The position numbers and the translations under genes are program-made. Below, one piece after another: positions 18,087 through 28,071 of a DNA stretch of 64,000 bases (position 1 is the stretch's first letter; each line of letters opens with the position of its first letter). The notes below the pieces were generated by a model. It did not search any database. It was not told where the DNA came from and saw only the letters and a list, made by a program, of their open reading frames with translations. The DNA is from Dehalococcoidia bacterium (GTDB lineage Bacteria > Chloroflexota > Dehalococcoidia > UBA6926). Location: assembly GCA_045562535.1 (NCBI GenBank), contig JBJKVP010000004.1, positions 77,070-141,069 on the forward strand. The letters are read 5' to 3'.

Positions 18087-19115
18087 ATGACAAATTTTTT
18101 ATTCACAAACGGGCCTGGAATTGTAGTTTGCGTATTTGGTGGAACGCTAGCTTATCTCATGTCTACTATCAGTCATAGCGGGATATTTGACCCACTTTTA
18201 CTAGCCCTTATTTTTGGAATTCTATTCGGTAACTTACCAGGAAATCAAAAATGGCACACCGAAGGAACCAAATTTATCGGGAAGTACTTGCTTGAAATAT
18301 CCATACTATTGCTGGGAGGGAGCATTAGTATGACGTATTTAGTAACAGGTGGTATATCTCTTTCTCTATTAATCATACTTGGAGTTACTCTGGGTCTATT
18401 AGTAGCAATTGTCATTGGAACATATATTTTGAAACTTGATCATAGACTAGCCATTCTTATAGGGGTCAGTAATTCAATATGTGGTAATGCAGCTGCAATT
18501 GCCATAGCTCCCATTGTTAAAGCTAGCCCTTCTCAATTGGCCACGGTTCTTGGAATCAGTAGCGTTATTGGAGCATCTCAAATAATTATTTTGCCACTTT
18601 TATCACCAATCGTGGGTTTGAATGATTATCAGTATGGAATTGTAGCGGGAATGACCGTCTATGCTGTAGCTCAAGTGTACGCAGCATCAGCCAGCGTAAG
18701 TACTGTTTCCGCGTCAGTTGCCACCCTTGTAAAATTATCTCGCGTTATATTGTTAGTACCAGTATTAATTATAAGTCAGCTGTTTGTAAATTTTAGGGAA
18801 ACAAAAACAACAGAACTTCAGAAAACTCAGTTAACAAAATACCTAAGTGTGCTAAACAATGTGCCATGGTTTATCCTGGGATTCGTATTCCTTTCAATAT
18901 TAAACACAACGGGATTTATTAACCAAGAACAATCCGAATTTCTCAGATTCGCATGCCATTATTTATTTATAATAGCAATGGTTGGTATCGGAACAAATGT
19001 GGATCTTGCAGAAATTGTAAAGCTTGGCTCCAAAGTCGCTGTCACAGCATTAGCAGTAATCGGGTTCATGTTAATCTTAAGCTTGGCCATGTCATTATTA
19101 GTATTAAAAGGTTAA
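18087..19115 (+). CDS. YeiH/UPF0324-family membrane protein (putative sulfate-exporter family)
   Basis: Polytopic membrane protein with glycine-rich helices and GxSxxxGNAAAIA-like motifs. I chose the internal ATG at 18087 as start because the six-frame ORF overlaps pheA by 50 nt. Confidence 0.5.
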   Translation: MTNFLFTNGPGIVVCVFGGTLAYLMSTISHSGIFDPLLLALIFGILFGNLPGNQKWHTEGTKFIGKYLLEISILLLGGSISMTYLVTGGISLSLLIILGVTLGLLVAIVIGTYILKLDHRLAILIGVSNSICGNAAAIAIAPIVKASPSQLATVLGISSVIGASQIIILPLLSPIVGLNDYQYGIVAGMTVYAVAQVYAASASVSTVSASVATLVKLSRVILLVPVLIISQLFVNFRETKTTELQKTQLTKYLSVLNNVPWFILGFVFLSILNTTGFINQEQSEFLRFACHYLFIIAMVGIGTNVDLAEIVKLGSKVAVTALAVIGFMLILSLAMSLLVLKG

Positions 19116-19141
19116 GCGATTATTATAGAATAATCACAAAT

Positions 19142-19654
19142 TCATATCGTTCTTAAAGCAATTCCAAGAAAGACGACTACTGGGCCTAAAACGAAAATCG
19201 TGTTCCTTGAATTTACTCGCTTGAACACTTGAATTAAAAATCGGGTTATTGTGTATGAGTTGAATCTGCCAAAAATTCGCGATGAAAAAAACTCCTTCTC
19301 ATTTTCTTTTTGCATTTTTTTTGCAGATTTATATCCCATAATAAACATTAGAAACGATAGAGTTATTTTCAAAGTTAAAATCGTGAAATATGGAATCTCT
19401 ATTCTAGTTGCCAAATTATCTAATGCTAAAAGAGCGCCGGTCAGAATTAATACCCATTTAGACAATTCAACTATTTCACTAAATGACTGACCAAAAGATT
19501 TAGGGAATGGCTTAGAATCAATTTCTTTTGTATTAGGTTTTAGTACAATAAAGAAAATAATATTGCCGCCAATCCACGTTATCGTAGCCATAACATGTAA
19601 CCATCGAATAGCAATAATAATTAAATCACTGAAACTCATAGTGCTGACATCCAT
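19142..19654 (-). CDS. CopD/HemJ-like small membrane protein (about 4 TM)
   Basis: Has an H-x6-W-x-G motif (HVMATITWIGG) like HemJ/CopD-type proteins. A paralog lies at 54125..54646. Confidence 0.35.
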   Translation of the reverse strand: MDVSTMSFSDLIIIAIRWLHVMATITWIGGNIIFFIVLKPNTKEIDSKPFPKSFGQSFSEIVELSKWVLILTGALLALDNLATRIEIPYFTILTLKITLSFLMFIMGYKSAKKMQKENEKEFFSSRIFGRFNSYTITRFLIQVFKRVNSRNTIFVLGPVVVFLGIALRTI

Positions 19655-21555
19655 CTTGAAAATATCTCAGTACATTTTTGATGTGAAGATTTACCAGTTT
19701 GATGATAGATCGATCTGAAAGGATTCAATCCAATATTCCCAAACAATTGTTGTACTGAACAAAGAGGCAAGCCTAATATATTCAACGGACAACCATCATA
19801 TTCTTCCACCGGATTCAATACTTTATCCTGTATTCCGTATCCTCCAGCCTTTTGATACGGGTTGCCTTTGATAATATACTCCTCAATTTCGTCGTCTGTG
19901 CAATCTCTAAATGTAACGCTTGTAGTATTAAAAGCTGAGTCAATTTCTTGGGAGGCAGGGTTAAATAATGCAACAGCCGTTATGACTTCATGAACATTTC
20001 CCCGTAAGTTATATAGCATTTTACGAGCATCATCCGCGTCTTTTGGTTTACCAAAGATTTCTCCTTTCGAAGAAACAACTATAGTGTCAGCTGCGAGAAC
20101 TGGTACTTTAGATTTATTCGCTATTGATTTAGCTTTAGCCAAAGCAATTTCCGTAGCATATGTCGAAGGTGAAATGTTTATCGGTAAACTGTTTGAAAAC
20201 AACTCTTCTTTTAACGCTGGCTCTAGGATTGTTCCTTCAAAATCAACAGACCTTAATAATTCAATCCGCCTTTTTGACGTTGATGCAAGAATATAAGATT
20301 GTCTATTGGCACGTTCAAGAATAGTTAAAGACTCGATATGGGAAGTATGGGGAAACATGTCAATAGGAGTAATTTCTTTAATGGAAAATCCTCCCAAAAC
20401 TAGATATGCTAAATCTCTCGATAAAGTGATGGGATCGCAAGATACATACGCTATCTTTTCTGGTGGGTTTTCTATTATAGAATCTAAAACCGATTTATCA
20501 CATCCTGACCGAGGAGGGTCGAGTATTAAATGGTCAATTATGAAACGCTCGTTCTTCATTACAATTTCAGTTTTTTCTTGAATCAAATCTATATTAGGCA
20601 ATCCTAAGAGATTCTGTTTAGCGTCTTTCACCGCCGCCGCTGACTCTTCAACTGCGATAATATTTGCATAGAAAGGGCAAAGTAGCCCAGCAAAAACTCC
20701 TACTCCGGCATACGCGTCGACTAAAGTTTCCAACCCGTTGGGGTTCAGTTTTTCTCTAATAAGAGTCACCATTTTTTCAGCTTGTCGGGTATTAACCTGG
20801 AAAAACGAGGGAGAGGAAATCTGAAAGTCGAATCCTAACAAATTTTCACTATGCTGAGGCTGACCTGTTTCAACAGAAAGAGTAGTATCTCGATCGGAAA
20901 AGTCAGGTTGAATCATATAAGAATCAGTATTGACTCCTACTCTAACCGACAATTGGCTATCGCTTGAATTTAATGAATTTTGTAGTTGGCTCTTTATCTC
21001 ATTAATTCGAGGATCCATGATACCGCAATGGTCAATAGACTCGAATCGGTGAGTTATCCAATTAGTGAAACCAATCTCCCCATTATTCCTTACGGTAAAT
21101 CTCGCATTGTTCCTATATCCGAAATTGAGTGGGGATTTCATCATCTCTGAAACCAAAGGGTCAACAATTTTAGCGGTTTGTCTTAAAGTTTTAATAACAA
21201 TATCGCGTTTCAATTGGAGCTGTTTATCATAATCTATATGCTGAAGTTGACAACCACCGCACTCACCAAAGTGGGGACATTCAGGCAGTTTACGACTATT
21301 AGAAGCAGAATAGATCTTAACTACCCTACCATAGAGAGTGCTTTCTCTCCGACCAAGAATCTCAACTTGCACATCTTCTTCTGGTATTCCGAAAGCTACA
21401 TCTATACTTTCACCATCTTCTGTAACGCCAGTGGCATCCCCTTGGTTGTTAAAGCCAGTAAGTTTTACATTAACTATCGGGTTCTTAGTATCCAGTTTCA
21501 CTTGAGAAGCAAAGGAAGGATCAAACCTTCTATGTTTTTTACGAGCAGATTTCAT
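19636..21555 (-). CDS. Fusion protein: N-terminal RlmD/RumA-family 23S rRNA (uracil-C5)-methyltransferase (TRAM + 4Fe-4S + MTase) and C-terminal Maf-family nucleoside-triphosphate pyrophosphatase
   Basis: Single 639-aa ORF. Residues 1 to about 430 carry the TRAM domain, the Cys cluster CPHFGECGGC...C, the SAM motif DAYAGVG, DPPRSGC, and the catalytic VSCDP. Residues about 440 to 639 are Maf-like (ILASTSKRRIELL, ADTIVV, GKPKD, GYGIQD). Confidence 0.8.
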   Translation of the reverse strand: MKSARKKHRRFDPSFASQVKLDTKNPIVNVKLTGFNNQGDATGVTEDGESIDVAFGIPEEDVQVEILGRRESTLYGRVVKIYSASNSRKLPECPHFGECGGCQLQHIDYDKQLQLKRDIVIKTLRQTAKIVDPLVSEMMKSPLNFGYRNNARFTVRNNGEIGFTNWITHRFESIDHCGIMDPRINEIKSQLQNSLNSSDSQLSVRVGVNTDSYMIQPDFSDRDTTLSVETGQPQHSENLLGFDFQISSPSFFQVNTRQAEKMVTLIREKLNPNGLETLVDAYAGVGVFAGLLCPFYANIIAVEESAAAVKDAKQNLLGLPNIDLIQEKTEIVMKNERFIIDHLILDPPRSGCDKSVLDSIIENPPEKIAYVSCDPITLSRDLAYLVLGGFSIKEITPIDMFPHTSHIESLTILERANRQSYILASTSKRRIELLRSVDFEGTILEPALKEELFSNSLPINISPSTYATEIALAKAKSIANKSKVPVLAADTIVVSSKGEIFGKPKDADDARKMLYNLRGNVHEVITAVALFNPASQEIDSAFNTTSVTFRDCTDDEIEEYIIKGNPYQKAGGYGIQDKVLNPVEEYDGCPLNILGLPLCSVQQLFGNIGLNPFRSIYHQTGKSSHQKCTEIFSRWMSAL

Positions 21556-21701
21556 AAGTACAGAGTACTAAGCCTAGAGCCACCGTTCAACAAATAAATA
21601 GATTATCTTAAATTAGTGGCCAAATCGTGCACATATATAGGATTAATAAAATAAATGGATTAGAATCTATTTAGTTAAACAAGAAAAAAGAGAACCGAGC
21701 G

Positions 21702-22730
21702 ATGAGCCCAAAAAGCATAAAAGTCGGACTGAGTTTTAAAGAAACCACTGCGTACTTGCGCAGTTGGTTTGAAAATAACACGGACTCTGTAGATGAGCAT
21801 AAAATACAAAATGGGGTCCAATACAAATTACGTACCAAGTATGGGGAACGCAAAATAAACGTATACTATTCGAAATCTAAACCCGGATCGAGAATAGTGT
21901 TTAACGACCCAATATTTGAACAATCAAATATTATTACTACAGGTTTACACGGGAAACCTGGTACCCAACAAAGCTTGCTGGAAACCAAGCCAGCAAACAG
22001 TAACATAACGAGTAAGACGCTTGCGAAATACAGAAATGTAGCTCGTCTAGGGTCAGATGAGTCGGGAAAGGGTGACTATTTCGGACCGATCATCGTATGC
22101 GCCGTACTATTGAATCAAAGTACGGAGAGAAAAATAGAAGAACTATTAAACACACGTATATTTGGTATAAGAGACAGTAAGCAATTCACAGATAACCAAA
22201 ATAGAAATTTAGCGAAGGATTTAAAGAATAACTTACCCGACTTCGAAATATTTAGTTACTCCCCCTTGGACTATAACAAGTTACACGATGCAAAACTTTC
22301 CAACTTGAATACACTAATAGGACTTGGCCACTCGATGGCAATTGAACAGCTACTATCCCGGCAATCTGCAAAAACGAATTCGTTAGCTTTAGATGGGCTA
22401 CCTGTAATAGTAGATCAATTTGATAAAAAAACTATGACAAGACTCCATTCACTACCTGAAAAATACCCACTATTTAACCAAACAAAATTTATCCAAACAC
22501 CCAAGGCCGACGCAAATGACCTTGCAGTAGCCTCAGCATCTATTATTGCTAGAGCAATTTGGCTCGAGGAATTAGATAAACTATCTCAAGAGATTGGTTT
22601 TAATATTTCAAAAGGTGCCGGACCTCAAGTGGATGAAGATGCTCGAAGAATTTTAAGTCAGCAAGGTCTAGGCTGGTTATCTAACAACGCGAAAATGGAT
22701 TTTAAAAACACGACAAGAATATTGCCGTAA
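21702..22730 (+). CDS. rnhC: Ribonuclease HIII
   Basis: 342 aa. An N-terminal TBP-like substrate-binding domain is followed by the RNase HII/HIII catalytic motif GSDESGKGDYFGP. Confidence 0.75.
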   Translation: MSPKSIKVGLSFKETTAYLRSWFENNTDSVDEHKIQNGVQYKLRTKYGERKINVYYSKSKPGSRIVFNDPIFEQSNIITTGLHGKPGTQQSLLETKPANSNITSKTLAKYRNVARLGSDESGKGDYFGPIIVCAVLLNQSTERKIEELLNTRIFGIRDSKQFTDNQNRNLAKDLKNNLPDFEIFSYSPLDYNKLHDAKLSNLNTLIGLGHSMAIEQLLSRQSAKTNSLALDGLPVIVDQFDKKTMTRLHSLPEKYPLFNQTKFIQTPKADANDLAVASASIIARAIWLEELDKLSQEIGFNISKGAGPQVDEDARRILSQQGLGWLSNNAKMDFKNTTRILP

Positions 22731-22754
22731 AAGAATATTACGAGAGGTTTTTAC

Positions 22755-23330
22755 ATGAATATTGGTTTGATATCAGATACCCATTATCCCGAGGCTCCTA
22801 TATCTCTTCCAGACGTAGTTCTGGAAGTATTTTCCTCCCATAAAGTTGAAATGATTTTGCATGCCGGAGATATTTACGATCCTGCTTGTCTTGACTGGCT
22901 CGAAAAAGTTGCGCCTACGCTAGCATGTGAAGGTAATGGTGATTTTTTCAGAAAAATAAAGGACCCCAGAATAGAGCCGACAAGGGTAATTAGTGTGGAA
23001 GGTTTTAATATTGGACTTACTCATGGACTGGCAATCCCAGAAATCCCTCCCAGAAGAACAATAGAATCTGTTATGGATAATGAGTTTGGTCAACCAGTTG
23101 ATATAATAGTATTTGGAGATACCCATACAGAGGAAGTTGTTCAAGTAAAAAACGTTTTGTGCATTAATCCCGGGAGCCCTACTCTACCGCATAACCTAGA
23201 TCACATAATAGGGACCGTCGGAATACTAGAACTAAATGAAGGCTCGCCTCCTATAACAAAAATAATCCACCTAGAATCGATGGAGGAATTAGATATGGAA
23301 AACCCGATAAAATGGTGGAGTGTGAGATAG
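22755..23330 (+). CDS. Metallophosphoesterase (YfcE-like phosphodiesterase family)
   Basis: GLISDTHYP, HAGDI, GDTH and GSPT motifs of the calcineurin-like phosphoesterase fold. Confidence 0.75.
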   Translation: MNIGLISDTHYPEAPISLPDVVLEVFSSHKVEMILHAGDIYDPACLDWLEKVAPTLACEGNGDFFRKIKDPRIEPTRVISVEGFNIGLTHGLAIPEIPPRRTIESVMDNEFGQPVDIIVFGDTHTEEVVQVKNVLCINPGSPTLPHNLDHIIGTVGILELNEGSPPITKIIHLESMEELDMENPIKWWSVR

Positions 23331-23346
23331 GAATATTAAAAAACAG

Positions 23347-24594
23347 GTGTCAAAAATGAATCTAAATGATCCAAGCTCTAATGTGTTTTTTGAAAATGCC
23401 GTTCGTGCATTAAACATACCTGATGGGACCGTAGACTTACTGCGAAGACCTTGGAGGGAACTGACCGTCAGTCTACCCATAAGAATGGACCACGGGGGTG
23501 TAGGAGTTTTTACTGGTTACCGAATTCAGCATAACGGTGCTAGAGGACCATACAAAGGCGGTGTACGCTACCATCCTGCAGCGAATAGACAAGAAGTCGA
23601 ATCACTTGCAAGTTTAATGACGTGGAAAACAGCTCTACTCAATCTGCCATTTGGTGGCGCAAAAGGTGGAATTGAATGTGATCCATTACAACTATCTGAA
23701 AATGAACTTAAGCAATTAACACGCCGATATATCATGAACATTGAGCACATAATAGGGCCTCAAAGGGATATACCAGCGCCAGATATGGGAACTAATTCCA
23801 AAACAATGGGTTGGATGATGGACGCATACGGCCAAGTCCATGGATACGAGCCCGCAGCAGTCACAGGTAAGCCTCTTGAACTTGGCGGCAGTTTAGGGAG
23901 AGAATCAGCTACTGGAAGAGGTGTTGTTTATGTGCTGAATGAATTAGCAAAAGAGATGAATATTCCGGTTGCAAAACAAACATCAATAGCTATTCAAGGC
24001 TTCGGAAATGTTGGTTCTTGGGCAGCCCAATTTGCCCATCAGGAAGGGTATTCCATAGTCGCGGTCAGCGATATTGAATGCGGGGTTTACAATTCCAATG
24101 GTTTAGATATCCCACTACTAGTAGATCATTTAGAAAAGGGTAAGTTAATCAAATCATTCAAAGGCGGAGAGATCATCTCAAATGAAGAATTATTGGAAAT
24201 AAAGACGGATATTCTAATACCCGCGGCAATCGAAAACACCATCACCGTCAACAACATAGATAGACTGCGATGTAAGATAATAATAGAGGCCGCTAATCAC
24301 CCCATAACCCCGGAAGCAGATAAAGAACTACACTCAAGAGGAGTCACGGTGATACCAGATATACTAGCGAATAGCGGAGGGGTCACAGTATCGTATTTTG
24401 AGTGGACACAGAATGTCCAGCAGTTCCAATGGGACGAAATTAGAATCCAAACCGAACTTCAAAAACGAATAAAAACTGCCTACCAAGCCGTCCAAAGCAA
24501 AGTAATAAAAGATAACCTTTCCTATAGGGATGCAGCTTTCCAAATTGGAATATCAAAAGTTGCGGAAGCTGTTGAATTACGGGGTTTCATCTAA
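23347..24594 (+). CDS. gdhA: Glutamate dehydrogenase (Glu/Leu/Phe/Val dehydrogenase family)
   Basis: 415 aa. Lys-containing active-site motif GGAKGG; the Rossmann motif GFGNVG. Confidence 0.9.
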   Translation: MSKMNLNDPSSNVFFENAVRALNIPDGTVDLLRRPWRELTVSLPIRMDHGGVGVFTGYRIQHNGARGPYKGGVRYHPAANRQEVESLASLMTWKTALLNLPFGGAKGGIECDPLQLSENELKQLTRRYIMNIEHIIGPQRDIPAPDMGTNSKTMGWMMDAYGQVHGYEPAAVTGKPLELGGSLGRESATGRGVVYVLNELAKEMNIPVAKQTSIAIQGFGNVGSWAAQFAHQEGYSIVAVSDIECGVYNSNGLDIPLLVDHLEKGKLIKSFKGGEIISNEELLEIKTDILIPAAIENTITVNNIDRLRCKIIIEAANHPITPEADKELHSRGVTVIPDILANSGGVTVSYFEWTQNVQQFQWDEIRIQTELQKRIKTAYQAVQSKVIKDNLSYRDAAFQIGISKVAEAVELRGFI

Positions 24595-24619
24595 TCCGAA
24601 TCAGTTTTATAACATAGCG

Positions 24620-24636
24620 GCCTTGTTTAGCAAGGC
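24620..24636 (+). terminator. Weak hairpin GCCTTG-TTTAG-CAAGGC after gdh (no clean T-run)
   Basis: 6-bp stem seen directly. The downstream sequence is only moderately T-rich. Confidence 0.2.
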
Positions 24637-24653
24637 TTGCTTATATATAATTA

Positions 24654-25007
24654 ATGCCGTTAATCCAACAAATTTTCAGGAGAAATAAGATTTTTTACGC
24701 TGTTTTTAAAACCGGTGGAAAACAATATAGAGTGTCACCAGGGCAAAATATCGATATCGAAAAATTGCCAGGGGAGCCAGGAGACCGGGTTGAATTCGAT
24801 AATATATTATTGTTACAAGATAATGACTCGGTAACCGTAGGTCAGCCCACTGTAAAAGGGGCAAAAATTATTGCAGAAATAGTTGAACAAACAAAGGATA
24901 AAAAGATTGTCGTGTTTAAATACAAAAATAAAACACGTTATAGAAGGAAACAGGGTCATAGACAACCAATTACCCAGCTTTCAATTAGGCAAATATTAAC
25001 CAAATAG
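24654..25007 (+). CDS. rplU: 50S ribosomal protein L21
   Basis: [13 protein letters not shown] matches the L21 core. The annotated N-terminus carries a 14-aa extension, and a strong AGGAGA sits 7 nt before an in-frame ATT, so the true start is uncertain. Confidence 0.85.
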   Translation: MPLIQQIFRRNKIFYAVFKTGGKQYRVSPGQNIDIEKLPGEPGDRVEFDNILLLQDNDSVTVGQPTVKGAKIIAEIVEQTKDKKIVVFKYKNKTRYRRKQGHRQPITQLSIRQILTK

Positions 25008-25039
25008 GTGTTAAACAAAAACTACAGGGAGAGATAACC

Positions 25040-25297
25040 ATGGCGCACAAAAAAGGTGGAGGAACCACACGAAATGGTAGAGATAGTCAAGGGCAACGCC
25101 TAGGTGTTAAAAAATATGATGGTGAAATCGTTCGAGCAGGAAATATCATCTTAAGGCAAAGAGGAACCCGAATATTTGAAGGGACTAATGTCGGCAGAGG
25201 AAAAGATTTTACCTTGTATTCTAAAATAGATGGAACAGTAAAATTTGAGCACCAAACTAAAGAGAAAAAAAGGGTTAGTGTTTATCCTATAAAATAG
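25040..25297 (+). CDS. rpmA: 50S ribosomal protein L27
   Basis: [16 protein letters not shown] is the L27 signature. Confidence 0.95.
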   Translation: MAHKKGGGTTRNGRDSQGQRLGVKKYDGEIVRAGNIILRQRGTRIFEGTNVGRGKDFTLYSKIDGTVKFEHQTKEKKRVSVYPIK

Positions 25298-25348
25298 ATG
25301 TAAAGCCAATTGCATAGGGATAAAAGGAACCTAAATAAAGGAACTATT

Positions 25349-25555
25349 ATGAAATCAGAAATACATCCGAAGTACGGCCATTCAGAAGTGACTTGCGCGT
25401 GTGGCAATACTTGGGCCACCGGATCAGTACAGGAAAATATCAAAGTGGATATATGTGATAAATGCCATCCTTTTTATACCGGTCAGCAAAGAATAGTAGA
25501 TACTTTAGGACGAGTAGAAAGACTCCGAAAGAGATACGCACAAAAAGATCAGTAG
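25349..25555 (+). CDS. rpmE: 50S ribosomal protein L31 (zinc-ribbon type)
   Basis: MKSEIHPKY start and a Cys4 motif (CACGN...[10 protein letters not shown]). I chose the internal ATG, which has the AAGGAA RBS. Confidence 0.9.
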   Translation: MKSEIHPKYGHSEVTCACGNTWATGSVQENIKVDICDKCHPFYTGQQRIVDTLGRVERLRKRYAQKDQ

Positions 25556-25643
25556 TAGCGTTTACTAACATTATGGAAAACCCATAGAGACTAATTTATT
25601 TAATAATTAACGAAAGAGCATAAGGTCACTAGCAACACAACAT

Positions 25644-26555
25644 ATGAATCTTCTTACTCAAAAATCATCTGCTAATTACGGTGGCCAAGCCTTGATCGAA
25701 GGCGTTTTGATAAGAGGAATGCACGCTATTAGCGTAGCGGTCAGGCGACCAAATGGCTCAATATTTGTCACAACCGAAAACATAGGTTGGAAATGGGCCC
25801 AGCGTCTACGTACTATTCCTATGATTCGAGGAACGATCGTCCTTGCTGAAATGCTAACGTTGGGTACTAAAGCTCTAATGCTTTCAGCACAAGTTTCAAT
25901 TGAGGAAGAGGATACAACAGAAGATACAACGCTCTCTTCCGTAGCAATTGGAGCTACTCTTTTTACAAGCACAATCCTGAGTATAGGGTTATTCTTCATT
26001 CTTCCCACTGTAGCTACTAATTTTATTGATTCAAATTACGAGACTACAAATATCACCTCTAATATTATTGAAGGAATGTTTAGGTTGATTTTATTTATTA
26101 CTTACCTATTCGTAATTGGGTTGAGCAAAGATGTAAGACGAATTTTTGAATATCACGGTGCAGAGCACATGACAGTCCATGCTTATGAGAATGGACGAGA
26201 ACTTACCATAAAAAATATACGGGATTATGATACGCCTCATCCAAGGTGTGGAACCGCTTTCCTTTTGGTCGTATTAATAATCGCAATAATTGTCCATGTA
26301 TTATGGACACCTCCTATCTTATGGGAACGGATTCTATCAAGGATTATTCTAATACCAATCATTACCGGAATTAGTTATGAGATTATAAAATGGAGCAGTA
26401 AATATTCTTCGTTCACGATAATGAAACTTATTATTGCTCCCAATCTATGGCTCCAGTCTTTGACCACTAAACAGCCAGATGATAGCCAAATAGAAGTAGC
26501 AATACACGCTATGAATGGTGCAATAGAGGCAGATCAACTAATCAATCAACGATAA
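25644..26555 (+). CDS. DUF1385 (YqhQ-like) membrane-associated metal-dependent protein
   Basis: EYHGAEHM and HPRCGT motifs typical of DUF1385. It is often found next to rpmE. Confidence 0.6.
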   Translation: MNLLTQKSSANYGGQALIEGVLIRGMHAISVAVRRPNGSIFVTTENIGWKWAQRLRTIPMIRGTIVLAEMLTLGTKALMLSAQVSIEEEDTTEDTTLSSVAIGATLFTSTILSIGLFFILPTVATNFIDSNYETTNITSNIIEGMFRLILFITYLFVIGLSKDVRRIFEYHGAEHMTVHAYENGRELTIKNIRDYDTPHPRCGTAFLLVVLIIAIIVHVLWTPPILWERILSRIILIPIITGISYEIIKWSSKYSSFTIMKLIIAPNLWLQSLTTKQPDDSQIEVAIHAMNGAIEADQLINQR

Positions 26556-26639
26556 TTGATCTTTCGAGAACTGGCCTATTTCGAGTTTCGATTCTACTAG
26601 TAACCACAACTCATACCAAAAATGTTGCCATGCTGGTGG

Positions 26640-27275
26640 CTACCTCCTGCGATTACTCAAAATTTCTGCAATATCTTGGAGGGGAATATTTTTTGCTTCC
26701 AACAAAACAAGAAGATGGTACAAAAGATCTGCCACCTCATTCTTCGTATTTTCATCAGAATCACCCATCGCAGCTAAAGCTGTTTCACCAGCTTCTTCAA
26801 TTACCTTCTGTCCAATTTTATTAAGACCACCTTTTAATAGTTCCGCGGTATAACTATTATCTGGTAAATCCCGGTTTCGCTGAGAAATAGTGATCGCTAG
26901 TTCTTTAAGCTCCAGGTCGAGACGATCATTAGATTTCATATCTGTACCCCAACCATCTGTAACAAATTCCTGGAAAAAACATGTTTCCTCGCCTGTGTGG
27001 CAAGCAGGGCCATTAGGGTTCACTTTGATTAAAAGGGAATCAGAATCACAATCAGGTTTTATATCCACAACATCCATATAGTTGCCAGATGTTTCACCTT
27101 TGAGCCAAAGCTCTTGTCTAGACCGACTAAAAAACCAAACTTGTTTTGAATCGATCGTTTTCTCCAATGCTAATTGGTTCATATACCCGACCATCAACAC
27201 GCGATTGTCTTCTGCGTGTTGAATAACTGCCGGAATCAGTCCATCCTTATCAACCATTAATATATTCGCTTCCAA
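26640..27275 (-). CDS. hisIE: Bifunctional phosphoribosyl-AMP cyclohydrolase / phosphoribosyl-ATP pyrophosphatase
   Basis: The N-terminal HisI half has the WFFSRSRQELWLKGETSG motif plus a Cys cluster. The C-terminal HisE half is a MazG-like domain (EEAGE...DLLYHLLVLL). Confidence 0.9.
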   Translation of the reverse strand: MEANILMVDKDGLIPAVIQHAEDNRVLMVGYMNQLALEKTIDSKQVWFFSRSRQELWLKGETSGNYMDVVDIKPDCDSDSLLIKVNPNGPACHTGEETCFFQEFVTDGWGTDMKSNDRLDLELKELAITISQRNRDLPDNSYTAELLKGGLNKIGQKVIEEAGETALAAMGDSDENTKNEVADLLYHLLVLLEAKNIPLQDIAEILSNRRR

Positions 27276-27316
27276 TTGATTTTCCTCCTAATCAAAACCA
27301 TCGCTATTTAATCAAT

Positions 27317-28069
27317 TTAATTATTTATAGAATCAACAATTTCAATAATTTCTTTCAAATTAGATACTTCGTATGCAGGTTCGTGTTGAAAACCTTCAGG
27401 CCAATCAGTTCCGTTCCTATTCAACCATATTGCGTTCATCCCCAGAGATTGAGGGCCTTGTATATCTTCAAGAGGCGAATCTCCCACATACATAGATGAT
27501 CCGGCATCAATTCCAAAATAATCTAAAGCAGCTTGGAAAATAGATGGGTGAGGTTTATATACTCTCTCGGTCTCCGAGCATATTATTTTATCAAATATCA
27601 AGCCATTATTCTCTATTGATTTACTCAAAAAATCAGAATCAGCATTACTAATAACACTAACAGAGACAGTGTTACTTAGGTGGTTCAATGTTTGCCTGAC
27701 ATCGGCAAATATCTCTCTCTTATTTAAGTCTTCAAGCATAAAATTCACAGATTCTTCGCTCGAAACCTCTGCTTGGCCAAAATATTCATATGCTCTTTTA
27801 AAGCAGGAAATCCAAGCTTTTTTATACGATGTGAATTCACCTGGAGCTACCCAAACCCCACCTGTAAACAAGACTCTGGTTTCTCGAAATTGTTTTTCAT
27901 ATATCCTCCATCTATCAAGTAAGGTATCTGGGGCAACATTTAATCCAAGCTGAGCAACGATTAAAGAGAATGTTTGAGAAAGTTTCTCAGGTTCGTAATG
28001 AAATAAGGTACCATACGCATCAAAAAAAATAGCTTTAAGTGGTTTCTCTGAAGGCTTTTTGGTTAGCAT
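27317..28069 (-). CDS. HAD-IA hydrolase with haloacid-dehalogenase-type motif I (FFDAYGTLF); candidate phosphatase
   Basis: Motif I is DxYGT (the second Asp is replaced by Tyr). SN and KPHP motifs are present. Motif IV is VGDSPLEDI. The gene is embedded between hisF and hisIE. Confidence 0.7.
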   Translation of the reverse strand: MLTKKPSEKPLKAIFFDAYGTLFHYEPEKLSQTFSLIVAQLGLNVAPDTLLDRWRIYEKQFRETRVLFTGGVWVAPGEFTSYKKAWISCFKRAYEYFGQAEVSSEESVNFMLEDLNKREIFADVRQTLNHLSNTVSVSVISNADSDFLSKSIENNGLIFDKIICSETERVYKPHPSIFQAALDYFGIDAGSSMYVGDSPLEDIQGPQSLGMNAIWLNRNGTDWPEGFQHEPAYEVSNLKEIIEIVDSINN

Positions 28070-28071
28070 TC

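Noticed and set aside
26556-26640. Direct repeat TTTCGAG...TTTCGAG in the DUF1385/hisIE convergent spacer as a possible terminator
   Set aside because: The repeat is direct, not inverted; no stable hairpin can be drawn.
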